Of a stretch of 29,434 nucleotides of DNA, positions 1 to 8,729 are shown in pieces. A program made the position numbers and the translations under genes. How positions within the stretch are numbered: the stretch's first letter is position 1; each line of letters opens with the position of its first letter. This DNA is from Candidatus Krumholzibacteriota bacterium (GTDB lineage Bacteria > Krumholzibacteriota > Krumholzibacteriia > LZORAL124-64-63), in the NCBI GenBank assembly GCA_039714075.1, contig JBDLKA010000038.1, forward strand, positions 1-29,434, given 5' to 3'. A model generated the notes under the pieces. The model had not been told where the DNA came from and did no database searches. It worked only from the letters and a program-made list of their open reading frames with translations.

Positions 1-1
1 G

Positions 2-175
2 CTGCTGGTGGTGGTGAGTCTGGCGTCGGCGGCGCCTTCTCGTGAACAGTTGGCGGGATTGACCTACGCCACGACCGAGCCGGGCGAGGTCTCGCGGCAC
101 CGGAGCCTGTTGCTGGGGCTGAGCCTGCTGGTGATTGCGGGGGTGGCGGTGACCTGGCTGGTGTTTCGGGGGTAG
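2..175 (+). CDS. 3' end of a probable sodium:solute symporter (SSS family); partial, runs off the window start
   Basis: Frame 2 reads LLVVVSLASAAPSREQLAGLTYATTEPGEVSRHRSLLLGLSLLVIAGVAVTWLVFRG* (TAG 173-175). VSL..P..EQLAGLTY followed by a final TM helix is typical of SSS sugar transporter C-termini. It lies next to a GH31 gene. Confidence 0.65.
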   Translation: MLVVVSLASAAPSREQLAGLTYATTEPGEVSRHRSLLLGLSLLVIAGVAVTWLVFRG

Positions 176-250
176 AGGTCGTTGAATTTTGATACGATAA
201 TCTGGGGGCAACCTCGGATTTTCGGTCAAATAGTCAAAACAAGAGATCCC

Positions 251-2362
251 TTAATTGCCGGAAACATCTCGAGTCACGATCTTCCAGGATCCCGGCTTCC
301 ATGTGCCCTCGATCACCGTGGTTTCCATCTCATCATCAAACATGAATTCGGTCACCCGGTACGCGCCGTCGCGGTACGCGTAACCATCGCCGTCATCTTC
401 ATACAAAAAGCCGACCGCCCGGCCATCCGGCCCGGGATTGACCAGCAGTTCCAGCTCGTCAAGCGGCCTCTCGCCGGACCATTGCATGATCGGCCCAAGC
501 GGCAGAACAGCACCCTCGCGCAGATACAGATCGGGCAGATCCGGGTCATCCAGATCGCCGGGCACCAGGCCCACCTTCACCCACTTGCCCGCGGGGAAAA
601 CCGGTTCGGGTCTTGCCGTGCCCGGCCGCGTATTGCAGGCCACCAACAGGTTGTCGCCCAGTAGGAAGGAATCATCATGAGCACGCAGGACAGGATCCGC
701 GGGGTCGGCGAAAAACAACGGCCGTACCGGGGGCAGACCCGTTTCGGCGGCCTCGCGCATCAACGAATACAGGTACGGCAGCAATCGATACCGCCGCTGC
801 AGGGCCAGACGGCAGGTCTTTTCGACATCATCACCGAAAGACCACGGCTCCTTGTCGATGTTCCCCTTGCCCGTGTGCCCCCGGGCGAACGGCTGCAGCG
901 CACCGATGCCCATCCAGCGGGCGAACATCTCCCCGGTGCCGGCCCCCACGAAGCCGCCGATATCCGGTCCCGACAGCGGCTGCCCGGACAGACCGAGGTT
1001 CAGCACCATGCTCACCGAATAGTCGAGATGGGCCCAGCTGGCGGTGTTGTCGCCGGTCCAGCAGGCCGCCCAGCGCTGGCCGCCCAGGTGGTTGGCCCGC
1101 GACAGGACGAAGGGCCGCTGGTTCGGGCGCGAACACTGCACGCCCTCCCAGGTGGCCCGGGCCATCAACATCCCGTACACGTTGTGGAATCTGGCGTGGG
1201 TGCCGGGACCGCCCAGTTCGGGGTCCGCGCGGTGGCGGTTGCTGCGGGGCATCGTCTTGGCGTCGACGTTGAAGACCGCCGGCTCGTTCATGTCGTTCCA
1301 GATGCCGTCGATGCCCAGCGACAGGAACTGCCCGTACAGCCCTCCCCACCACTCGCGGACCTGGGCCATCGTGAAATCGGGGAACACGCAGCGGCCCGGC
1401 CAGACCGACCCCACATAGGGCGCGCCGGCGGCGGTCTGCACCCAGGCGTCGATGGCGTCACCCGAATCGTACACGTGGTAACCCATCTCCTGCTTGATAC
1501 CCGGGTCGATGATCGCCACCGTGTGAAAACCCTGGTCGTGCAGTTCCGCGTTCAGTCCCCGCATGTCGGGAAAACTCCAGTCATCGACCGTGAAGCAGCG
1601 GAATTCGTCCATGTAGTCGATGTCGAACCAGATCACGTCGCAGGGGATGTCCCGCTCGCGGAACCCCGCGGCGATCTCGCGCACCCGGTCGTCCGGGGTG
1701 TAGGAGTACCGGCACTGGTGATAACCCAGGGACCAGCGCGGCGGCAGGGGCATGGTGCCGGTCAGGCGTCCCAGTTCACGGACCACATCCTGCGGCGAGT
1801 CCCCTTCGATGATGATCACCGGAAAAGGGACGCCGTCCGCCTCGAAGCGGATACCCAGGGTCAAATCGATCACGCAGCGGTTGGGCGTGTCGGCGAGCAC
1901 GCCGAAACTGGATCCGTCGGTCCGGACAGCCAGCACCCAGGGGTGCGACTGGTACAGGTTGGCCGCATTGCCGCCCCAGCCGTAGGCGTCGAAATTCCAG
2001 GCCACCGTGCGGGTGCCGTTGCGGCGCAGGGGGCCGGGCACCTCACCGGTGCCGTAGAGGTCGGTGCCGTCGCCGATGGCCAGGTAGACCGAAGTCCGCC
2101 CCTGGATCCGGGTGAATTCCGGTACGAGGGTCCATCCCGCCGGAACCGGGCCCAATGAGACCAGGGGAGCCACCAGACATAGCGACGGGAGAGCGCCGTC
2201 CCTTGCCTCGGCCGAAGCGTGGTAACGAACAACTCCTTCGCCCACACTTTCGCCCACGCTTTCGCCCACCTGGCCCAAGGCCGACGCGGGCAGGACGCCG
2301 ACCACAAAGGTCAGGACCAGGGCCCACACCATCGACCCGCATATCCGCCGGTATTTTTTCAT
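251..2362 (-). CDS. Exported glycoside hydrolase family 31 (alpha-glucosidase-like), 703 aa
   Basis: Motifs GYHQCRYSY, DVIWFDIDYMD, IIDPGI, VWPG, nucleophile motif GIWNDMNEP, HNVYG, acid/base motif WTGDN, DIGGF and LYEDDG. N-terminal Sec signal peptide MKKYRR...ASALG. Confidence 0.95.
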   Translation of the reverse strand: MKKYRRICGSMVWALVLTFVVGVLPASALGQVGESVGESVGEGVVRYHASAEARDGALPSLCLVAPLVSLGPVPAGWTLVPEFTRIQGRTSVYLAIGDGTDLYGTGEVPGPLRRNGTRTVAWNFDAYGWGGNAANLYQSHPWVLAVRTDGSSFGVLADTPNRCVIDLTLGIRFEADGVPFPVIIIEGDSPQDVVRELGRLTGTMPLPPRWSLGYHQCRYSYTPDDRVREIAAGFRERDIPCDVIWFDIDYMDEFRCFTVDDWSFPDMRGLNAELHDQGFHTVAIIDPGIKQEMGYHVYDSGDAIDAWVQTAAGAPYVGSVWPGRCVFPDFTMAQVREWWGGLYGQFLSLGIDGIWNDMNEPAVFNVDAKTMPRSNRHRADPELGGPGTHARFHNVYGMLMARATWEGVQCSRPNQRPFVLSRANHLGGQRWAACWTGDNTASWAHLDYSVSMVLNLGLSGQPLSGPDIGGFVGAGTGEMFARWMGIGALQPFARGHTGKGNIDKEPWSFGDDVEKTCRLALQRRYRLLPYLYSLMREAAETGLPPVRPLFFADPADPVLRAHDDSFLLGDNLLVACNTRPGTARPEPVFPAGKWVKVGLVPGDLDDPDLPDLYLREGAVLPLGPIMQWSGERPLDELELLVNPGPDGRAVGFLYEDDGDGYAYRDGAYRVTEFMFDDEMETTVIEGTWKPGSWKIVTRDVSGN
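2238..2270. repeat. In-frame 12-bp tandem repeat (TTCGCCCACRCT, about 2.75 copies) encoding VGES-VGES-VGEG
   Basis: Plus strand reads ttcgcccacact ttcgcccacgct ttcgcccac. It lies just after the GH31 signal peptide. Confidence 0.85.
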
Positions 2363-2399
2363 GCCGCCCTTTCTTTCCGGTCGTTACCCAAGCTATTCC

Positions 2400-2422
2400 C
2401 ATCATTGTGGTATATAATGATG
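2400..2422. promoter_or_regulatory. TATAAT -10 box inside a 7-bp inverted repeat, between the divergent GH31 and kinase genes
   Basis: CATCATT-gtggtatat-AATGATG, with TATAAT at 2413-2418. Confidence 0.45.
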
Positions 2423-2482
2423 AATCGCACTAACATCCCCCGATCGGGTCCGAATTTAACGCTTCCGGGTTCAGGAGTATAC

Positions 2483-5200
2483 ATGGATGCTGGCACCAGT
2501 CTGGCTCATTACGAAATCGTTGCCCGGATCGGCGTCGGCGGCATGGGTGAAGTCTATCGGGCCCGTGACACCAAGCTCGACCGCGACGTGGCGGTAAAGA
2601 TCCTGCCTGAAACCTTCACGGCCCAAACCGACCGTCACGCCCGCTTCCATCGCGAGGCCCAGGCCCTGGCCGCGTTTTCGCATCCCCACGTGGCGGGTAT
2701 CCACAGCATCGAAGAGGACGGCGGCCAGCATTTTCTCGTGATGGAACTCGCCGAGGGCGAAGACCTGTCCCAGCGGTTGACCCGGGGCGCCATCGGTCAG
2801 AAAACCGCCCTGAAAATCGCCTGCCAGATCGCCCTCGCGCTCGAAGCCGCGCAGGAAAAGGGCATCGTCCACCGCGATCTGAAACCCGCCAACATCAAGG
2901 TCGACGACGAGGACCAGGTGAAGATACTGGACTTCGGTCTGGCCAAGATGGTCGCTGATGAAACGACCACCGGGACCGTGGCCCTGGGCGACTCGCCGAC
3001 CCTCACCTCGAACATGACCCGCGAAGGCGTGATCCTGGGCACGGCCGCCTACATGAGCCCTGAACAGACCCGCGGCAAGGCGGTCGACAAGCGGACCGAC
3101 ATCTGGGCCTTCGGCTGCGTGTTGTTCGAGATGCTCACCGGCCGGCCGGCCTTTCCCGGGGAAACCATTTCCGATATCCTGGCGGGCATCATCAAGTCCG
3201 AGCCCGAGTGGGACCGGCTGCCGGGCGACCTGCATCCATCGGTCACCATGCTGTTGCAGCGCTGTCTGAAGAAGAAACCGCGCCAGCGACTGCACGACAT
3301 CGCCGACGCGCGCATCGTCCTGGACGACGTGATGAGCGGCTCCGATTCGGGCATCATCACTTTGGCGGAAATCGAGTCACGTGCGGCAGGCCGGAAAGGC
3401 ATCCCGCTTTGGGTGGGCATCGTCGGGGTGCTGGCGATCGCCGGCCTGGCGGCCAAACTCTGGCTGGGCCCGGCGGAGGTGGTCGATCCACCCGTGCGCC
3501 TGACGAACCTGACCTTCAGCGGCGGGGACTGGGCCCCCACCGCCTCAGCCGACGGCGAACTGGTGGCCTTCACCTCCAACCGCGACGGCATCCCCCGCAT
3601 CTGGCTGAAACAGCTGGCCAGCGGCAGCGAGGTGCCGATCACCGACGGCTCGGACGACCTGCCGCGTTTTTCGCCCGACGGGTCGCAGATCCTCTTCGTC
3701 CGCGACGTGGACAACATGCGCCACCTGTACCGTACCGCCGTGCTGGGCGGACAGATCCGCAAGATCATGAACAACGTCACCGAGGCCGACTGGTCGCCCG
3801 ATGGTTCGCAGGTGGCCTTCCTGCGCATATCGGAACAGGCAACCAGAAACGAGTTTTCCCTGGGCATCGCCGATGTGCAAACCGGCGAAGAGAGGATTCT
3901 GACCACGGTCTCCAACCGCTTGTGCTACGGAATCCGCTGGTCTCCCGACGGCCGCCGCCTCGTCATGACTGAAAACGCGCTCAGCGGCACCCTGGTGGCC
4001 GCCGGTCAACTGGACCTGGTCGACGTGGAAACCGGAGAGATCAGGCAGTTGCCCGTCACCGGCCAGTCCGGTTCGTTCACCGCCGCCCATTGGGCGCCCG
4101 ACGGAAAGTCCTTCCTGGTCGGCAAGACGCAGGAACTGCTTTCACACATCACCGGCCGGCCGGGGTTGTTCATGGAATATTTCCTGGAAACCGAAACGCA
4201 CCGGCCACTGTTCTGGGCCAATTTCCGCATTCCGCAGGGAGGGTGGGGGTTTTCGACCATCGCGGTGCTGAGCGACCGACAGTTGGTCCTGGACCGGTTC
4301 ACCCGGAATGCCATCCTGCAGGAATTCCCCTGGCCCGGCACTGGCGACAGGGATGCGTCCAGGGTCCTGACCACCAGCATGGGATTCGATCGTCAGCCCG
4401 TCTATTCCCCCGACGGCCGGGAGGTGCTGTTCTCCTCGAACCGGAGCGGGAACACCGACCTGTGGTCCGTCGAATTGGCGACGGGCAAAATGAGACAGTT
4501 GACGGATGATCCGGCCCACGACTGGGATCCCGCCTTCTCTCCGGACGGCCAATACATCCTGTGGAGTTCCAGCCGCACCGGACCGCTGGAGATCTGGATG
4601 GCGAACCGCGACGGCAGCGGGGCGCGGCAGATTTCACGGGACGGCGAAGATGCTGAAAACCCGACCATGACCCCCGACGGGCAGTGGATCGTCTACGCCA
4701 GTGCCAACGATGCCAACCTGGGCCTGTGGAAAATCAGGCCCGACGGTTCCGACGCCGTCCAGATCCACCAAGGCAGCGACCTCATTCCCGAGGTCTCCCC
4801 CGATGGCCGCTACGCCCTGTTTTCCATCATCCGCAGCCTGGATTTCGTGATCGAGGTTGTTGACGTGACCAGCGGGGAAACCGTCCCTTTCGCTATTGAA
4901 CTCAAGCTGTCCCAGCGAAACCAGGACGTGGTCTACGGTCGCGCCCGCTGGACGCCCGACGGCAGCGGCATAGTCTATATAGGCCAGGGCACCGATGGCA
5001 CCAGTGGAATCTACGTACAGGATTTCATTCCCGGCCAGGATACCGGAAACACACGCCGACCGGTGGCCGGGTTTTCGGGCCTTTATTCCAGTGAATCCCT
5101 GGGTGTGTCGCCGGACGGCAAAAACCTGGTTGTTTCGACGATCTACAACCGCCAGACCCTGCAAATGGCCGATTTGCTGGACCTGGAGAACTGGCGTTAG
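2483..5200 (+). CDS. Membrane Ser/Thr protein kinase (Hanks type) with extracytoplasmic TolB-like PD40 beta-propeller repeats, about 905 aa
   Basis: Kinase motifs GVGGMGEV, VAVK, HRDLKPAN, DFG, GTAAYMSPEQ and DIWAFG. One TM segment (IPLWVGIVGVLAIAGLA) precedes many F/W-SPDG repeats. Start moved from 2219 to ATG 2483, which has an AGGAG RBS at 2473-2477; the longer ORF overlaps the GH31 gene. Confidence 0.93.
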   Translation: MDAGTSLAHYEIVARIGVGGMGEVYRARDTKLDRDVAVKILPETFTAQTDRHARFHREAQALAAFSHPHVAGIHSIEEDGGQHFLVMELAEGEDLSQRLTRGAIGQKTALKIACQIALALEAAQEKGIVHRDLKPANIKVDDEDQVKILDFGLAKMVADETTTGTVALGDSPTLTSNMTREGVILGTAAYMSPEQTRGKAVDKRTDIWAFGCVLFEMLTGRPAFPGETISDILAGIIKSEPEWDRLPGDLHPSVTMLLQRCLKKKPRQRLHDIADARIVLDDVMSGSDSGIITLAEIESRAAGRKGIPLWVGIVGVLAIAGLAAKLWLGPAEVVDPPVRLTNLTFSGGDWAPTASADGELVAFTSNRDGIPRIWLKQLASGSEVPITDGSDDLPRFSPDGSQILFVRDVDNMRHLYRTAVLGGQIRKIMNNVTEADWSPDGSQVAFLRISEQATRNEFSLGIADVQTGEERILTTVSNRLCYGIRWSPDGRRLVMTENALSGTLVAAGQLDLVDVETGEIRQLPVTGQSGSFTAAHWAPDGKSFLVGKTQELLSHITGRPGLFMEYFLETETHRPLFWANFRIPQGGWGFSTIAVLSDRQLVLDRFTRNAILQEFPWPGTGDRDASRVLTTSMGFDRQPVYSPDGREVLFSSNRSGNTDLWSVELATGKMRQLTDDPAHDWDPAFSPDGQYILWSSSRTGPLEIWMANRDGSGARQISRDGEDAENPTMTPDGQWIVYASANDANLGLWKIRPDGSDAVQIHQGSDLIPEVSPDGRYALFSIIRSLDFVIEVVDVTSGETVPFAIELKLSQRNQDVVYGRARWTPDGSGIVYIGQGTDGTSGIYVQDFIPGQDTGNTRRPVAGFSGLYSSESLGVSPDGKNLVVSTIYNRQTLQMADLLDLENWR

Positions 5201-5334
5201 GCATCCTCGGCTTTTCCCCGACGAATCCTCTCGAAAAATTGCAGTCGGCATGGGTCCATGCTGTGCGTTCCGCACTATCCGAGGAATAATTGGCAACATT
5301 TGGCAATGGAAAGTCCCGCTGTGGATGGCAGTGT

Positions 5335-5357
5335 GGAAATTTACCCACCAAATTTCC
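5335..5357. promoter_or_regulatory. Perfect 8-bp inverted repeat, candidate activator-binding site
   Basis: GGAAATTT-acccacc-AAATTTCC in the intergenic region upstream of the central operon. Confidence 0.4.
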
Positions 5358-5370
5358 GATCACCGGCGGG

Positions 5371-5425
5371 GAGGAACGATAGGGAACCATAAGGAACAAC
5401 AAGGAATCACGAGGAAGGTCCGGAA
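5371..5425 (+). repeat. Five degenerate 10-bp direct repeats with an invariant GGAA core, plus a sixth GGAA
   Basis: gaGGAAcgat/agGGAAccat/aaGGAAcaac/aaGGAAtcac/gaGGAAggtc. GGAA starts at 5373, 5383, 5393, 5403 and 5413, then 5422. Confidence 0.8.
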
Positions 5426-5577
5426 ATCCTGCGCCCGGTTTTTTTGAGGATATTCAAAGCCCAATCCCATCCGGATGATCCTGCCTCAAAGCAACCTCCG
5501 ATGGCCATTAACTTATTATTTTAGAACACTTTCACAATCCAAAACGCCTCCCCCGCACGTACAACGCCGATACTTAG

Positions 5578-5593
5578 TGGCACGCAAATTGAT
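5578..5593 (+). promoter_or_regulatory. Putative sigma54 (-24/-12) promoter of the central operon
   Basis: TGGCACGcaaaTTGAT against consensus TGGCACG-N4-TTGCW, with one mismatch at the -12 C. It lies about 110 nt before the GTG at 5703. Confidence 0.55.
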
Positions 5594-5702
5594 CTTAAGG
5601 GCCCGAAGATTCCCCAGGGTTTCCGGACCCTCGTTGTCTTCGGCTGGGCTGGATATCGTTACCGGCCCGATCCGAGCTTGATTCAACCGGAAGGGAAGCG
5701 CC

Positions 5703-8700
5703 GTGAGGTCGCTAAAATACAAATTCATCATCTTATTGAGCATGGGGCTTGTCGGCATGCTGATGGTACCAACCATTGCGGCCGCCGGTCCCTATACCCA
5801 ACTCCAGGTCCTGCTTCCGGGTGAAACCCCGGCACCGGGCACCCCCAGCGGAAAGACAGGGGTTCCCCTGTCCCAGACCGTGGGCGAATCCTTCACGTTC
5901 CGTGTGCGGGCCGTGGACGACCAGTGGAACCTCGTTACGAGCATCACGGACGTGATCAGTTTCGAATCCTCCGATGCGGTCGCCACCCTGCCTCCGAACA
6001 CCTCCCTGGTCGGGGGGGAATCCTCCCTGTCGGCCACCTTCAACGCGGCCGGATCGTTCACCATTTCGGCGGACGACCAGACGGACCCCACCATTCCGGT
6101 GGGGACCTCCAGCGCCGCCCAGGTGCAGGTCCTGCAGGGTTTCGTTTTCCAGAACATCACCCAGAAGCATACGGACGCGGGGGTGCCGTTCGGGACCTCC
6201 ATCTCCGCGGTGGATCCGGGCGGAAATCCCGTCACCGGATTCAACGGGACGGTCCGGCTCCAGGAGCTGACCAGCTTCGGCGTCGGACGGATCGAACCGG
6301 AGACCGTGACCCTTTCGAACGGTTTCTGGTCCGGCAACGTCACGGTGTACAGGGCGGACGAGACCAACATCAGCAGCGGCAACGTCAACATGTACGTTTT
6401 CCTGGATATCGATCCGGCCAAGAACGGTACCAGTAATCCCTTCGTGGTGCATCCCGGTCCCCTGGCGCGCGTTCAGATCGTCGTGCCGGGCCAGGATCCT
6501 CTTCCGGGCAGCGCTTCGGGCGTGACCGGTACGCCGGCCACCCAGAGCGCCATCCAGGACTTCACCGTGGATATCTTCGCCACGGACAACTGGTGGAACC
6601 CGCTGCCGAGCGCGGACAACATCCGCATCACCTCGAGCGACGCGGCCGCCAGCACACCTGTTACCTCCACGCTCACCGACGGCCACGTTGCGGTGAACCT
6701 GCACCTGGCCACTTTCGGGGCGCAGACCCTCACGGTGGAGGACATGTCCAACGGTTCGGTCCAGGGCATGACCAGCGATCCGATCCAGGTCATCCCGGCC
6801 GGCGCCCATCATTTCGAGGTCGACGCCATCGCCGGTCCGGTGACCGCCGGTGACCCCGCCATGGTGACCATTCGCGCCACCGACGCAGGCGGCAACACCC
6901 TGCCGGACTTCGACGGTAACGCCATCCTGGCGGCCAACACCGGACCGGGCAGCATCAGTCCCGAAGCGCTCACCTTCAGTTCCGGTGTCTGGACGGGTGA
7001 GATCACCTTCCGCGGTGCGGGCAACGCCGTCCAGTTCACCTGTTCGGATTACGCCACGCCGCCCCACCTGGGAACCAGTAATTCCTTCGTCGTCAATCCC
7101 GCGGCCTATACCGGCATGCAGGTTCTTCTGCCCGGCCAGGATCCCCGCGGCGGGACGGAAATCGGCTATACGGGTAATCCCGACGTCCAGGCGGCCGGCA
7201 CCGGGTTTGAAATCCGGGTCCGCGCGGTCGACCAGTACTTCAACCGGGTTCCCGGCATCGGCAGCATGTTCGCCCTGACTTCGACGGACGAGAACATGCT
7301 GTTCCCGGCCGGTCTGGCTCTGACCAACGGCGAAGCCCTGGTTACGGTGACCCTGTACCGGTCCGGGATGCAGACCATTTCCGCCGCCGACTCGGATTCC
7401 GCCGGCATCGAACCGGCCACGTCCAGCGAAGTCGAAGTGACGGCCGGGACGTATACCAACATGCTCATCCTGGCTCCCGGTGAAGAACTTTCCCCCGGGG
7501 CCGAAAACGGACGGAGCGGAACTCCGACCGACCAGTCGATCAACTATGCCTTTACCGTCACGGTCTACGCCACCGACACGTGGTTCAACCCCGTCGGCGG
7601 CGTCACGGACATGGTGACGATCACCTCGGGCGATCCCATGGCCGAACTTCCGGCCGACGGGCCCATGGTCGACGGTATTGCGGACTTCAGCATCCGCCTG
7701 TCCACCGGTGGTTTCCAGCAGATCACCGCGTCGAACGTCACCCAGCCCGCCATGGTGCCCAGCACCACCGAGGTGAAGATGATCTCCAGCGGTTTCCACC
7801 TGGAGGCCGAGATCACACCCACCACGGTCCGGGCGGGAGATACTTTCGACCTGACGGTCAAGGTGACCAACGACGCCGGCAGCGTCATCCAGGAAATCAA
7901 TTCCTCGGTGACGGTCGAAGTGCAGAACGCCTCGACCCAGGATCCTGGTCTGGGCACCCTGGCCAACACCAGTTTCCAGTTGTTGCAGGGACAGCGCACG
8001 ATCGCCGAGACCTACACATACGCCGAGAACATCATCCTGGTGATCACCGATGACGGGGGCAACCTGCCGGCCCGGACCGAGGTTCTCACGGTCGTGCCCG
8101 GCGCGCCTACGGCCCTCCTGCTGAGCAGCAATCCGACCTGGGTCAAGGGTAACAAGACCGCCCAGGTGACGGCACGCGTGGAGGACGACTACCACAACGG
8201 TGTTCCGGCCCAGACGGTCGAGTTCACCCTGCTGACCAGTCTGGGTGTGCTCACGCCTGTCGGCGAACCGACCGACTCGAACGGCGAAACCATGGCTGAA
8301 TACCTGAGTCCGCGTGAGCCCGGTATCGACACCGTGCTCGCCGTGTCCGGGGCCCTGAGCGATACCCTGTATATCGAAACCGCTCTGGTGGACCCCGACG
8401 CGCCTGACGGTTCTTTGACCAATTACCCCAACCCGTTCCACCCGGACGAGACGCCGACCACCATCTCCTACAAGCTCAAGGACAACGCGTCGGTCCGCAT
8501 GCGGATCTACACCCTGAGTGGCGGCCTTGTTCTGGACACCCAGTTCGCCTCCGGCGACGAGGGCGGCAGGGCCGGGGACAACTTTGTGACCTGGGACGGC
8601 CGCAACGGCAACAACGAAAACGTCGCCAGCGGCGGATACATCCTTTTCATCGAAGCCGAAGGCAACGGTGCCACCATGCACGTCATGCGCCGTAAAATCG

Positions 8701-8714
8701 GCGTTGTTTGGTAG
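5703..8714 (+). CDS. Large secreted multi-Ig-like-domain surface protein with a Big_1/invasin-like domain and C-terminal FlgD-Ig/T9SS-like sorting domain, 1003 aa
   Basis: Signal peptide (MRSLKYK...TIAAA). Four repeats of Q(V/I)L-x-PG(E/Q)...G..GTP..Q...F...V.A.D..(W/F)N and two of AG.P....I.A.D.GGN....F.G...GTSN.FVV. Invasin-like VTARVEDDYHNGVPAQTVEF...TDSNG. C-terminal NYPNPF...IYTLSGGLV...WDGRN...ASGGY...RRKIGVVW. Confidence 0.85.
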   Translation: MRSLKYKFIILLSMGLVGMLMVPTIAAAGPYTQLQVLLPGETPAPGTPSGKTGVPLSQTVGESFTFRVRAVDDQWNLVTSITDVISFESSDAVATLPPNTSLVGGESSLSATFNAAGSFTISADDQTDPTIPVGTSSAAQVQVLQGFVFQNITQKHTDAGVPFGTSISAVDPGGNPVTGFNGTVRLQELTSFGVGRIEPETVTLSNGFWSGNVTVYRADETNISSGNVNMYVFLDIDPAKNGTSNPFVVHPGPLARVQIVVPGQDPLPGSASGVTGTPATQSAIQDFTVDIFATDNWWNPLPSADNIRITSSDAAASTPVTSTLTDGHVAVNLHLATFGAQTLTVEDMSNGSVQGMTSDPIQVIPAGAHHFEVDAIAGPVTAGDPAMVTIRATDAGGNTLPDFDGNAILAANTGPGSISPEALTFSSGVWTGEITFRGAGNAVQFTCSDYATPPHLGTSNSFVVNPAAYTGMQVLLPGQDPRGGTEIGYTGNPDVQAAGTGFEIRVRAVDQYFNRVPGIGSMFALTSTDENMLFPAGLALTNGEALVTVTLYRSGMQTISAADSDSAGIEPATSSEVEVTAGTYTNMLILAPGEELSPGAENGRSGTPTDQSINYAFTVTVYATDTWFNPVGGVTDMVTITSGDPMAELPADGPMVDGIADFSIRLSTGGFQQITASNVTQPAMVPSTTEVKMISSGFHLEAEITPTTVRAGDTFDLTVKVTNDAGSVIQEINSSVTVEVQNASTQDPGLGTLANTSFQLLQGQRTIAETYTYAENIILVITDDGGNLPARTEVLTVVPGAPTALLLSSNPTWVKGNKTAQVTARVEDDYHNGVPAQTVEFTLLTSLGVLTPVGEPTDSNGETMAEYLSPREPGIDTVLAVSGALSDTLYIETALVDPDAPDGSLTNYPNPFHPDETPTTISYKLKDNASVRMRIYTLSGGLVLDTQFASGDEGGRAGDNFVTWDGRNGNNENVASGGYILFIEAEGNGATMHVMRRKIGVVW

Positions 8715-8729
8715 AGGCCAGGAGGCGTC

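Noticed and set aside
677..2158. 493-aa plus-strand ORF, and similar long ORFs at 10571-12595, 14548-15669, 15705-16688, 16773-17951, 21926-23554 and 25981-27282
   Set aside because: Antisense or alternate-frame shadows of motif-supported genes, with no family signatures.
5371..5425. CRISPR array or iterons
   Set aside because: Units are only 10 bp with a 4-bp conserved core. There are no unique spacers and no cas or rep genes.
5475..5681. 68-aa ORF upstream of the operon as a possible leader peptide
   Set aside because: No clear RBS, atypical composition, and it overlaps the candidate promoter elements.
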